A stretch of DNA of 62,167 bases, filler included, from Hausera hauseri (GCA_046269625.1; 12 parts of 12 records of this genome joined end to end with filler, not necessarily neighbours in it), one strand, 5' to 3'. Positions 1 through 11,257 are shown, counted from the first letter of the whole stretch. A program made the numbers and translations. The notes: generated from the letters alone by a model not told the origin.

Positions 1-165
1 TACCAAAAAAACCCTACATTTTCTATTTTATTTTAACCTTACATTGACTTCATGGCAAAGTGAGGATTAAAATTACCAGACTCTCCAGTTACTGCGTTTA
101 AAGTGCTTTCCTAAATCACATTTTCTTTTTCAAATTAGAAACTAAAAGGCACTATGCTGTCCCAC

Positions 166-375
166 CTTGTGTGGGTCTTCATTGGGGTGTGGGTGGAGAC
201 CTGCAGCACCACGCAGTAATTTCAGCAGCAGCTGAGAATCAGAATCAGAGCTGAGGAGCAGAGATGGAAGGTAGTGGGTGCTGACGTATCCCAGAATGCT
301 CTGGTACGAGGAGAGGTCAAGTCGGTGCCAGGGCAGAGCGGTGGACTGAACCAGCAGACTGAGCAGAGGAGCGTC
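166..375 (-). CDS. epg5: Ectopic P-granules autophagy protein 5, internal exon (vertebrate, probably teleost)
   Basis: 210-nt exon between a ttcag| acceptor and a |gtggg donor. Translates [41 protein letters not shown]...[10 protein letters not shown], which matches the vertebrate EPG5 segment as I recall it (DSPLLSLLGQTSSLSWHLVDIVSYQSVLSY). Confidence 0.85.
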
Positions 376-455
376 CTGAAGGATGAAGATAAATAACGTG
401 TTAAAACGAATGAATTTAGAGATAAGACACTCGATTCTGGTTTATCTGAACTCAC

Positions 456-680
456 CTGTTTACTCAGGAGTTGCTCCTCTTTTGCCAGAAAAACAAGCAT
501 GTACAGCAGATAGACCAACATGGTGTGGGACTCCTTCTGCGTCGCCGCGTCCGTCAGAGCGGGATATGTTGTGGAGCCGGGAGGTGTTTGTAAGTGCTCG
601 CTCAGGACGCTGACCCAGTTCACTTCACACATCAGCTCTCCCATGAACAGGAAGCAGCTCTTGGGGCTGCCTCGCTCCAC
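456..680 (-). CDS. epg5: EPG5 internal exon (vertebrate, probably teleost)
   Basis: 225-nt exon with a polypyrimidine tract + tacag| acceptor and a |gtgag donor. Translates [27 protein letters not shown]...LAKEEQLL; the recalled vertebrate EPG5 motif is [27 protein letters not shown]. Confidence 0.9.
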
Positions 681-744
681 CTGTAGGCAAAGAAAAACAC
701 AAAATTAATTTTATACCGAAGATAAGATAATAGATAAGCACTGT

Positions 745-2057
745 TTGTCAGACACTGAACTAACCTCCGTTAAAGAATTTAAAGTTCCTCCTAGAATTAA
801 AGTAGATAAACCGAATAAAATAAAGATGGCAGCAGAGAACCCGGCCGTAGCTCAAAAATTCGACATATTTATGTTCGATTCCTTGAATTTACCAGCATAC
901 TACGGTGACCCTGACGGGTTAAATGACTTTTTACAAACCTATAAATTACACGCAGAAGGTGCCAGTCTTGCGCCAGAAGTTATGATTAAACGACTGCCTT
1001 TATAATTGAAAAATCTGGCTGCAGACACCTATAGTGAACTCACTAATTATGAGAAGAAATCATGGTCCTCTGTAGTAGGAGCCCTAAATCGTAAACTGTT
1101 GCCGACGGTGACACCACAACAGAAGCTTATGGCCTTTCAGAATAGAACGCAACAAAAGGGTGAGTCGGTTACTCAATTCGCATTCGCACTAAAGAAGCTT
1201 GCTAATAGTTACGTAAGTACGTTAAGGATAGCCAATGCGGTAAAGGCGAAGACAGACGCAAACGCGAAGTGGCAGAAAAGGCAAGTCCGCTAGATTTATA
1301 TGTCATGATGACAACTCAGTTAATAAACGGTATATGGTCTAGAGATCTAGTTAAGCATCTAATTTTAGCTCGACCAGATAATTTCGAGACTGCATTACAG
1401 TTAGCCCAAAACTTAGAAATGGCATTAGATAGATACGCTAGACAGAGCGATAGATATAATGATCGCGATGATCGGGATAGGAACCGAAACAATAAGAGAT
1501 TTAATGGTAATAATAAGGACCGAGGCTATGAGAATAGAGCTCAAAATGCCCTTAATCGCAACACGAGATATGATAATCGGAATAATAGTTGAAATACATA
1601 TAACCTTTATAACAAAACAGGTTATAATCCGGATCGAAACCAGCATAATGATCGAAGTAATAAAAACCGATATATAGAAAATCGGAATAACGGAATCGAC
1701 GGGCAAGCACAAAATAAAACACTAGGTAGACCAGAATCGCCAGTGAATGAAGACGGACGACAAAGGGTCGGCCGAGACGTAAACCTGATTTGTTATTCAT
1801 GTGGCAAGGAAGGTCACATAGCTAGATTATGCCCTAATCCACGGAGTGTATCATTTGCAGAGACTAGTAAAGCTAGCATGATAAAAGATAATTTGGAAGG
1901 AATCTACGGAAAACGAGGTGACATAAGTATGATTATCGAGATGCAAGACTTACGAAGGTATGTAAGGAATATGGGTGAATCTAATAATCTACAAGTAATC
2001 AAGGCTAGGAAGGAGTACGAAGAAAAACTGCACCAAATGAAGTTTATCTTGGGTTAA
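745..2057 (+). pseudogene. gag: Ty3/Gypsy-like Gag (capsid + CCHC nucleocapsid), disrupted
   Basis: PAYYGDP, RLPL*LKNLAADTYSEL, MHR-like NRTQQKGESVTQFAFALKKLA, QLINGI...PDNFETALQLAQNLE, and zinc knuckle CYSCGKEGHIARLC (~1790-1831). Contains in-frame stops and frameshifts. Confidence 0.85.
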
Positions 2058-2059
2058 GG

Positions 2060-5000
2060 GAACCAAAAACGGAGTACGAGAAAGCTATAGCACCTAAGAA
2101 TACTAACATGGCAAGGAAGAAAAATTTAAATCAAGCAACGGAAGAGGAGAAAGAAGAAAAGTCGACTACGTCTTCAAGTGTAGACTTGGACGCAGATACC
2201 GAGATCGTGTCTCAAAATAAGGATAAAACAACAGACGAGGTTGAGAGTGAATTCATTGGGCCATTAATACTCAAGATAACTAAGAACAGAGGTAGAAGTC
2301 ATTCTCTTAGGAGAAGGTCGGGAACTTGTTCACGATCCCCAATTAAAAAGGATTTAGAAAAGAAGGAAGACTTTATCATCACTTTAAGAGATAAAATAAA
2401 GTTAAATACTACTATAATCCAACATGTTCCGGAAACAACAAATATTCCGAATATCGATGAAATTAATGAAATATGTCCATTACCACCTAGTGAAGAGGAA
2501 TCAGAAGAGGAGAAATATATCAAATTTGGGAAGATTACAAAATTTTGGAAAAATGCAAGGGAACTAACCAAAATAAGAGACACACTGAACGATCCCGAAA
2601 GACTACACGAGAGCCTGCAGAAACTCCAGCAGATGAGTAAGCAGTTAGATACCTCCGGAAAAGAACAACAATTCACAGAGAAGCTATATAAAAAGCTTAA
2701 ACCCGGTTCGCAGAGGAAGGAAGAAAACACACCTTACAAACTGCAAGAAACGTCACAAGACTTGATAGGAAGTTGGCGAAATAATTTAGAATTGTGGACA
2801 AGGAGTGAGATTGATTTTTCGAAAATATGGTGGAATAGAAACGAGCCATTTCTCAAACAAATAAATCAAGCACGCGGACTATTAAGCATACTAAAGGATA
2901 ACCCAAAACTAAAACTCATAAGACGTAATTTAGAAGGATTGATGTATGAGATTGAAGAAGCGATAATTTCTTATCTTCATAACAAGCCAGTATACAAACT
3001 GACTAATGCCGACTTAGAGATATTGAGTATAGACCAAATCGATATTTCATTTCTAATAGAAATGTGCAGCTTAATAAAGGATAAACCTCGGAAATACCCA
3101 GGTTTAAAAATACGTATTAAAAGAGAAAATGAAATACGAGCCAAAATTAACGACTTAAAGATCGGTATAGTTCACTTTGAAAAGGCAAAAGCACAAAGAA
3201 TAATACGTGCTTGTCTTCTCGAATTAGATGAGTATAGAGAAGTATTCAACTACATGAAACATATTATAGAATTTATACGAAAACCAGATCACGAACTAAA
3301 AGAAGCCCTTGAGACATTGGACGAAATAATCTACACCAAACCGGCAATATCCAAACAACTAAAAAAGTGGATGGACTTGTTACCTTTAATAGTAGGGATA
3401 ATAAACGAAAGACTAAGAGAATTCGCAGTGGCTAAGCCCATAATGATGCACCAATTGGAGGAGATGTTACTAGATATCGGTACGATGGAAGAGGAAGCCA
3501 AATTGTGAATTAAATTAGAATCGTTCCGAGAACTTAAATTTAGGAGCAGGGATCAAGATCAAACCACACTAATGGAGATATATAATATGATAGAAGAAAA
3601 GGAGTTCTACGGAAAAAGAAATAAACTAAGTGATCTTCATCGAAGTTTAGCGACCACCTGCTGGGAAGGGATACAAAACCTAATGCAGAAACAATGAAGG
3701 AAATCTCAGCACAGGAAATAGAAACACTGTAAGTATGTAACGATCAGCGGATTATTCTAGCACAAACACTACAATATTTACAGAATCCAGCAGAATGGAC
3801 ACCAGGTTTCGATCTACATTGCCACACAGAACTAACAGAAATCAGGAAGGATCTCCAGTTGACGGCCGACGAAGCCAAGTTCATGGGCAGGCTAATGGAT
3901 GCAATAGATCCAGACGCTAAAGTATTAAACCAGATGCACACATTAATCCTATTATCAACAGAAATGGCAGAAATTGACGAAGTAGTAGCCAAGCAACTAA
4001 CAAATCGAATGCGTCTGGTAAAAGAAACCCGGTTATGCTCCTAGAAAAGACAACGCGAGCTTAACGAATTACTGAGAGAAACAGAAGTTTACAAGAACAA
4101 GTATTCCCTTACGGAATCTGAAATAAATAACAAAACGGAATTTGTACAGAGATGGCAAAGAGACAGGATCGCAGAAATGACTAGTTATCGGGAGAGAGCT
4201 CTGATACAACCAGAAGAAATGTGCCGATTTATAACATTGATACAACACGCGTGTGGAAACGGAGATGGATATATTGTGTAACCGTAATGAAAATATTGCA
4301 ACCGCAACTGAGAGAACTACGCGAAAGAGTCCAAGTAGGACACGCGGCATTAACGAATTGCAAATTACCTGACGCGGATAACGACAACGAGTGGGATGAA
4401 TACCTGGAAGGTTTAAACAAACAGAGTCACAGAACCCCGATACAAATTTATGAGTCACCAGTCGGTATCCAGAAAACGAAATTTGATGTGCAAATGTTAC
4501 TTGACCCCATACTAACAGAAAAAGAACTCGGCGACGTACTGAAAATATACATAAGGGACGACAGATTGAAGAAATTGATTCCAACCTTAACTAAATTATC
4601 TAGTGAGAACAGTGCATACAGTGCCGTTCCCAAGCTCCTAATAAGAGAATACGCTAAACGTTTGAGAAACAAACCAGAAGCGGAGATTAAGGTGAAAGTA
4701 TCCTCTGAAGAGATGGATGATGAGGAATTCGAGTGCACTACTTATATTACCGTTGCAGATATAAAACAACGAATAATAGACAAGGGTAGTAAAGAAGCAG
4801 TTAATTATCGGCTCTATTTCAGGGGCAGAATATTAAATGAGTTAGAATCCGTAACAGACGTAGGGATCATACCCCACAAAAAGAATCGAATAATAGCAAT
4901 AATTGTTAGTGAGCAAACCAAAGATGAAGGTATAAGGAAAGCACACACAGAACACTGGGTTGGAAAAATCATGTGGATTCAGCACGCCGAAAAGTACTTT

Positions 5001-5600
5001 AAATACTTACAAATGGATGACGACAAACCCCAATACGATAAAAATCTAGTACCTCTAAGTGAAATTTCATAACCAACGAAACCGAAACGACCGGTCTGAA
5101 GACCAAGGAAAATAAAGGAAGTGGACTACAATACAGATCTGATTAGAGAGTTAAGACAACTATCAGTACCCACGTAGAGTTCAAATAACGAAGAATTAGT
5201 TGAGTTAATAAGAGATTTAATATGAATAGTTAATTATACCGTTTTACAAGGTGATATACTATCCGAGAAAGAAAAGCTAATATATAATGTAGCACGGACA
5301 ATGAAAACTTCGCGATTCAAGTTATATAAAAGTACCCTTTCTGATGAAGTGGTAATTGATCGGATTATGATAGATAATACAACGGAAGAATTGAGGAAAA
5401 TCTTGATATATTTAACGATTATAACTGACCCCTTCCGAGAAAATGAAATTGAAAGATCATATGGGTTAGCTAGAAAGGCTGCAAACAGGGTACCTAAAGA
5501 AATAAAATGGACTACACTATTCGAAAAGGATGTCAACGGGAAAAGAGCAATAACTTAGAAGATATGGTACGAAACATCTCTTCGAGTAAAGGGAACGAAT
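2060..5600 (+). pseudogene. ORF-X: large, probably helical protein of unknown function with ubiquitin-like domain, copy A
   Basis: ORF pieces 2108-3508, 3859-4044, 4221-5072 and 5301-5558 join into one frame when compared with copies B and C (e.g. TGA at 3506 is CGA in copy B). Ubl-like segment at ~4686-4905. Confidence 0.75.
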
Positions 5601-6217
5601 CCAATGTGTTAATAAATCTACTCACAATAATGATGTTAGTGAAGCAGATGGGAACAGTCACCATATACGACTGTGATACATTTAAAGTGGGTCAGACGTA
5701 CCACTGATAAACTTAGAATCCTGTAAAGACTCAAGACGCCACAAACTGGAAACGACAGAAAAGAAATATATACTGTATAAACAACGAGAACTAATCGCAA
5801 TGGATGCTATGGAAAACATGATTCGGAGGTCTGGTAGCATATTCTATTGTGGTAATACGCACGGACACTTTTCAATAATCAAATCTACCACACCATTGAT
5901 ACCAATGAATGTGGACAGACAACGTTGCTTAGGAGCTCAATCAACCGGTAAAATGATCTGAGACGGCATGGAGTTGGAAGCTCAAGAAGGAAAAATCATT
6001 AGAGCTTATAAAGTGGCAGTAGGAAAGTTAAATATGCACACCCGTTATTGCGCTGGAGCCGAATATGATACGGGAAAAGGAAAACAAGGAGGAGTAGTAG
6101 TTGTAGATTTTTACGAAACCGAGTTAAGATCCTTAAAGTCAATGTTTCACAGTGTCACTAAATTATTCACTGAAAACCAAAAATGTCACATCCAAGATGG
6201 TGCTTGCACGTTCCGAA
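5601..6217 (+). pseudogene. env: Chuvirus-like envelope glycoprotein, N-terminal part, copy A
   Basis: Hydrophobic leader LINLLTIMMLV, then VTIYDC, FYCGNTHGH and CHIQDGAC; cut by the contig end. Confidence 0.75.
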
Positions 6218-6317
6218 NNNNNNNNNNNNNNNNNNNNNNNNNNNNNNNNNNNNNNNNNNNNTTAATTAATTAANNNNNNNNNNNNNNNNNNNNNNNNNNN
6301 NNNNNNNNNNNNNNNNN
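6218..6317. other. Artificial contig spacer (first of 11)
   Basis: N-run/TTAATTAATTAA/N-run giving stops in all six frames. Also at 10420-10519, 15893-15992, 20366-20465, 25730-25829, 30545-30644, 34944-35043, 39078-39177, 43554-43653, 48312-48411 and 58005-58104. Confidence 0.98.
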
Positions 6318-6615
6318 GGATGTTTTTGGGAGTGCGTCGGGGTAAGGTCCGGCGATATTTTCTGTTACAGGTGTGTTTCTCCAGGATGCGGGATAGTGTT
6401 TAGGGCATCTTTCTCATGTTTAGTGACAAATAAGGGGCGATATTTTCTGTTAAACTCACGTTTCTTAGAGTGCTACCGGTGATTTTTGTCGGCTTCATCA
6501 CGCTTGGGCGTGTCTTTGCAAGCGAATCGGGGTAGGGCAGGGCGAGATTTTCTGGTAAAGTCGCGTTTATTAAGGGTACTGCCGCGGGTTTAGGTCGACT
6601 TCATCGCGTTGTGGA
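6318..6615 (-). repeat. Inverted block of the 105/84-bp tandem repeat
   Basis: Its reverse complement matches ~7810-8010 (tcgacctaaacccgcggcagtacccttaa...aaacgcgactttaccagaaaatctcgccctgccctaccccgatt). Confidence 0.9.
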
Positions 6616-6819
6616 AGCCATTGTATGCGGCCAAACATTGGAGTGTTGGACTCGTCGGATAAGTTTGGTAATATTTCTGTGTTCGTCTAAGCGGGCGATA
6701 AAATGTGAAAAATGTTGGTAGATTTTTTTACGATACGCATTCGCTGTTAGAATAAACATGTGTATAAAAAATGTGCTATTTTCCTTATGAAATGTTATAA
6801 TAATATTAAATATTACAAG

Positions 6820-7130
6820 ATTCATCCGCCATTTTGCTTCAACCCTCTGACTTTGCCTACTGAATTCATATGAGCACGCTTCCTGTTCCGGCTTCTTCCG
6901 CTTGACTTTGCCCACGTGGACCATTCAGTCGCCATCTTGCATCCACCCTCTGACGTCAGCTTCTGACACCACTTGACCCCACTTCCCTTTCTGCCCTCTT
7001 CCGCTTGACGCTGCCCCTGTGGACCATTCAGTCGCCATCTTGACTTCACCATCTGACGTCACATAACTCCGTTCCCCGCTCTTCCGCCTGCCTTTGACCA
7101 CAAAAATATGGCCTGTCACTAAACACGAAG
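6820..7130. promoter_or_regulatory. Triplicated ~104-bp unit rich in YY1, CRE and ETS-like motifs
   Basis: CGCCATnTTG at ~6827, 6930 and 7033; TGACGTCA at 6951 and 7054; CTTCCG at ~6895, ~6998 and ~7081; CACGTG at 6913. Function is inferred from motifs only. Confidence 0.45.
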
Positions 7131-10100
7131 AAGACCCCTTAAACCGCTCCTGCATCCTAGAGAAACATGCTCTTAATAGAAAATATCCCCCTTGCCTGTC
7201 CCGACTCACTCCCAAAGACGTCCACAAGCGCGAGGAAAGCTAGCTAAACCAGCAACTGTACCCTTAAGAAACCCGATATTTACAAACAAAATATCCCGCT
7301 TCCGTGTCCCGATTCACTCGCAAAGACACGCCTAAGCGCGATGAAGCGGACCAAAACCATCGACAGCACTCTAAGAAACGCGAGTTTAAGGGAAAATATC
7401 ACCGCTTACGTGTCCCTAAACATGCAAAAGTTGCCCTAAACCACGCCCGCTAACATAAGAAACGCGACTTTAACATAAAAAATGTGTCCCCTTAATGATC
7501 GACATCGCCCTAAACACGATCTAAACCACGCCCGCGTCCTTGAAGACACACCCGTAACAGAAAAAATCGCCGTTCCTTACCCCGACTGGCTCCCAAAAAC
7601 ATGCCTAATCGCGAGGAAGTCGACCTAAAGCACCGGCAGCACGTTTGGGAAACACGCCAGTAACAAAATCTCGCCATTGCTTACCCCGGTTCGCTCCAAA
7701 AAACACCGACAAACGGTATGAAGTCGACCTAAATCCCCAATAGAACTTTAAGAAACCCAACTTTAACAGAAAATACCCCCACCCATGCCCCGACTCACTC
7801 GCAAAAACATCCGCAAGTGCGAGGAAATCGACCTAAACCCGCGGCAGTACCCTTAAGAAACGCGACTTTACCAGAAAATCTCGCCCTGCCCTACCCCGAT
7901 TCTCTCGCAAAGACACGCACGAGCGCGATGAAGCCGACCAAAACCACCGGCCGCACTCTAAGAAACGCGACCTAAATATCTCTCCTTACTTGTCACTGAA
8001 CATAAAAAAGATACCCTAACCACGCCCGCAACCATAAGGAAGGCGACTTTAACACAAAATATGTGTTCCTTTAATGATCGACATCACCCTAAACATGACC
8101 TAAGCCACCGGTAGCTCTCTAAGAAATGCGACAGTAAAATATCACTGTTCCTTACCCCGACTCGGTCCCAAAGACAGGCCCAAGCGTGATGAAGCCGACC
8201 AAAACCATGGGCAGCACTCTAAGAAACACGCTTGTAACAGAAAAATATCGCCCCTTACGTGTCCCTAACCATACAAATGTTGCCCTAAACCACGTAATAA
8301 ACGGGATTGTAACATAAAATATCGCCGTTCCTTACCCCGACTCGGACCCAAAAACATGCCCAAGCGCGACGAAGTCGACCTAAACCAGCGACCTTAAGAA
8401 ACCTGACCTTTACAAAAAAATATCACCGTCCTTGTCCCGACTCGGTCCCAAAGACATGACCAAGCGCGATGAAGCAGACCAAAACCATCGGCAGCACTCT
8501 AAGAAACACGCCCGTAACAGAAAAATATCCCGTTCCTTACCCCGACTCGCTCCCAAAGACCTACTCAAACACGAGGAAATCGAGCTAAATCACCGGCAGC
8601 ACACTTGAGAAACGCGCCCGTAACAGAAAATATCGCCGTTCCTTGCCACGAATCACTCCCAAAAACACCGAAAAGTGCGACAAATGTCAACCAAAACTAC
8701 CGCGACACTCCAAGAAACACGATTTTAACAAAAAAAATACCCCCGTTCATGCCCCGACTCGGTCCCAAAGACATGCCCAAGTGCGCGGAAGCTAACCAAA
8801 ACCAGCGGCAGTACCCTTAAGAAACGCGCCTGAAAAAAAATTCGCGCCCTGACCTACCCCGACTCGCTCCCAAAGACCTGCTCAAACGCGACGAAGTCGA
8901 CCTAACCAGCGGCAGTACCCTTAAGAAACGCGACTTTGCCAGAATATCTCGCCGTTCCTTTCCCCGATTCACTCCAAAAAACACGTCCAAGCACGAGGAA
9001 ATCGAGCTAAACGACCGGCCGCCCGCTAGAGAAACGCGAGTTTAACATAAAATTTTGGCCCTTACTTGTCCCTAAACATGCAAACGTTGCCCTAACCATG
9101 CCCGCAACCGTAAGAACCGCAACTATAACAGAAAATATCGCCGTTCCTTGCCAAACTCGCTCCCAAAAACACATACAAGCGCGAGGAAATCGAGCTAAAC
9201 CAGCAGTATTGCCCTTAAGAAACGCGACTTTACCAGAAAATCTCGACCTGCTCTACCCCGATTCACTCGCAAAGACACGCATGAGCGCGATGAAGCCGAC
9301 CAAAACCACCGGCCGCACTCCAAGAAACACGCCCGAAACAGAAAAAATATCACCCTTTACTTGTCACTAAACATGAGAAAGATACCCTAACCACGCCCGC
9401 AGCCATAAGAAACGCGATTTTAACACAAAATATGTGTTCCTTTAATGATCGACATCGCCTTAAACATGACCTAAACCACCGGTAGCCCTCTAAGAAACGT
9501 AACTGTAACAGAAATTCTCATCGTGTCTTACCCCGATTTGCTCGCAAAAACTCCCACAAGCGCGATGAAGTCGAGCTAAATTGGCGGCAGTACCCTTAAG
9601 AAACACGAGTTTAACAGAAAATATCCCGCTTCCGTGTCCCGACTCGCTCTAGAAAACACCCACAAACGCGACGAAGTCGACCCAAACCCCCGGTAGCCCT
9701 CTAAGAAACGTGACTGTAACAGAAAATCTCGCCGTTCCTTACCCGGATTCGCTCGCAAAGTCACGGAAAAGTGCGAGGAAGTCGACCAAAACCACCGGCT
9801 GCGCACTAAGAAACGCGAGTTTAAAAGAAAATATCTCCCCTTACGTGTCCCTAAACATGCAAACGTTGCCCTAAACCACGCCCGCAACCGTAAGAAACGC
9901 GAATTTAACAGAAAATATCACCGTTCCTTGCCACGACTCGCTCACATAAACACCCACAAACGTGATGAAGCCTAAACCACCACGAGCACTCTAAGACTCA
10001 CCCGTAACAGAAAAATATCCACTTACATGCCCACTAAATACGACCTAACCACCGAACGTAGCCATAAGAAACACGCCCTTAACAGAAAATATCACCCCCA

Positions 10101-10180
10101 AACACAAAGAAGATCACCTACACCACCCCCAACCACTTTGAGAACCTCGACATTAACAGCAAAATACTCCTTTTCATGAC
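7131..10180 (+). repeat. Complex satellite-like tandem array of ~105-bp and ~84-bp monomers (about 30 units)
   Basis: Recurring AAGAAACGCG...TAACAGAAAATATCGCCGTTCCTTACCCCGACTCGC...GAAGTCGACCTAAACC. Anchors fall at e.g. ~7266, 7373, 7457, 7543, 7750, 7855, 7960, 9217, 9322, 9407, 9492, 9598, 9703, 9808 and 9892. The + strand is strongly A/C-rich. Confidence 0.95.
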
Positions 10181-10770
10181 CCACTCCTCACGTCACCTGC
10201 CGATACCAAATACAGTACCGATACAAAGACACGTCACCACCACAGCCCCTTACTGCATGTAATTAAAGAAATTACGTCATCATAAAAGAATGATGATGAA
10301 GAAAAAACCCGCTGATTCGGCCTTAGTCACGACCCTTACCCGGACAGGATGGCTGCCTCGCTCTTACAAAACATAATTATACCATAATTACCTAATTAAA
10401 AACAATTAATTAATTACCGNNNNNNNNNNNNNNNNNNNNNNNNNNNNNNNNNNNNNNNNNNNNTTAATTAATTAANNNNNNNNNNNNNNNNNNNNNNNNN
10501 NNNNNNNNNNNNNNNNNNNAAGGTTCCCGTGCCCTCCAATTCTCCTCAGCACGCCGCAGTATCTCTTCAGGCGAACAGTACCGTGCATCATGTAAAGGTC
10601 GATCAAGATTGTAAAGGTGACTCCGGAGATCGTCTGAGGAGTGATACAAACGAATGAGTTCTGTTGAATGAGACATGTTGTAATGTCACGACGTAACGAA
10701 GCCCAAGTATTTATACTGAAATAAATTATATTGATTCACGAAAACAAACATAGCAAAATAATATATGTGA

Positions 10771-11013
10771 TTAAATACGGTCAATCAACTTTTCCATTAT
10801 AATACAAAGCGAAGCAGAAAATACAAGTCCAATTAGGAAATTAATCCGTCTTTGTTGTTGCCGTTTTCGTCTCATTTCATATTTGATACGTTGTATGAAT
10901 AGAGATCTGGCAATTAATTCAATACATTCCCGTCGGCTAATTATTCTGGTTTCTGCAAGCTCACACAAAAACTGAACATCAAACACATATCCAGTCAAAA
11001 TGTCATCGGTCAA
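10771..11013 (-). CDS. Small hypothetical protein with C-terminal hydrophobic helix (possible Polinton accessory ORF)
   Basis: 80 aa; basic stretch followed by INFLIGLVFSASLCIIM; lies upstream of PolB. Confidence 0.3.
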   Translation of the reverse strand: MTDDILTGYVFDVQFLCELAETRIISRRECIELIARSLFIQRIKYEMRRKRQQQRRINFLIGLVFSASLCIIMEKLIDRI

Positions 11014-11257
11014 ATTCTTAATATCGCTTTCAATGTACTATTCCATGTGATTTTAGTTGCTATTGTTGTTGTTGTTGTTTTAGCGTTTAGAATAATTGTT
11101 TATAAGGGAGTAAAGAGACCTTTTAATAAGTTCTAGTATTTGTAACTTAATATCAAACATTTATTTTATTTTGTTTTTTATTCAGCAGAAGTGCAATCAA
11201 TATATAATGTATTGCGTCACGCGCATACATGTGAATGAGGAGCAGTGACATCAGCAG

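Larger units (their letters stand above)
705..6217 (+). mobile_element. Gag / ORF-X / env retroelement-like unit, copy A (no pol visible; both ends missing)
   Basis: Gag with zinc knuckle, then a long unknown ORF, then the glycoprotein N-terminus. The ORF-X/env part is collinear with 15993-20365 and 58105-62167. Confidence 0.8.

Noticed and set aside
222-680. The 152-aa ORF as a complete protein
   Set aside because: Only 456-680 is an epg5 exon; the rest reads through the intron and into the wrong frame of the next exon.
2640-2665. QLDTSG as a retroviral protease active site in ORF-X
   Set aside because: It is DTS rather than D(T/S)G, lies in a polar helical context and has no downstream ILG motif.
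6218-6317. TTAATTAATTAA as a biological motif, and ORFs ending in X...LIN
   Set aside because: Artificial six-frame-stop contig linker.
8605-9887. ORFs within the satellite (8605-8820, 9098-9370, 9576-9887)
   Set aside because: Chance frames in a T-poor repeat; frequent indels break the frame between monomers.
7131-10180. CRISPR array
   Set aside because: Whole monomers are homologous with no unique spacers, there are no cas genes, and the context is eukaryotic.
10270-10300. CATCAT...ATGATGATG as an adenovirus-like ITR end
   Set aside because: Too short, not terminal and lacking the downstream conserved core.
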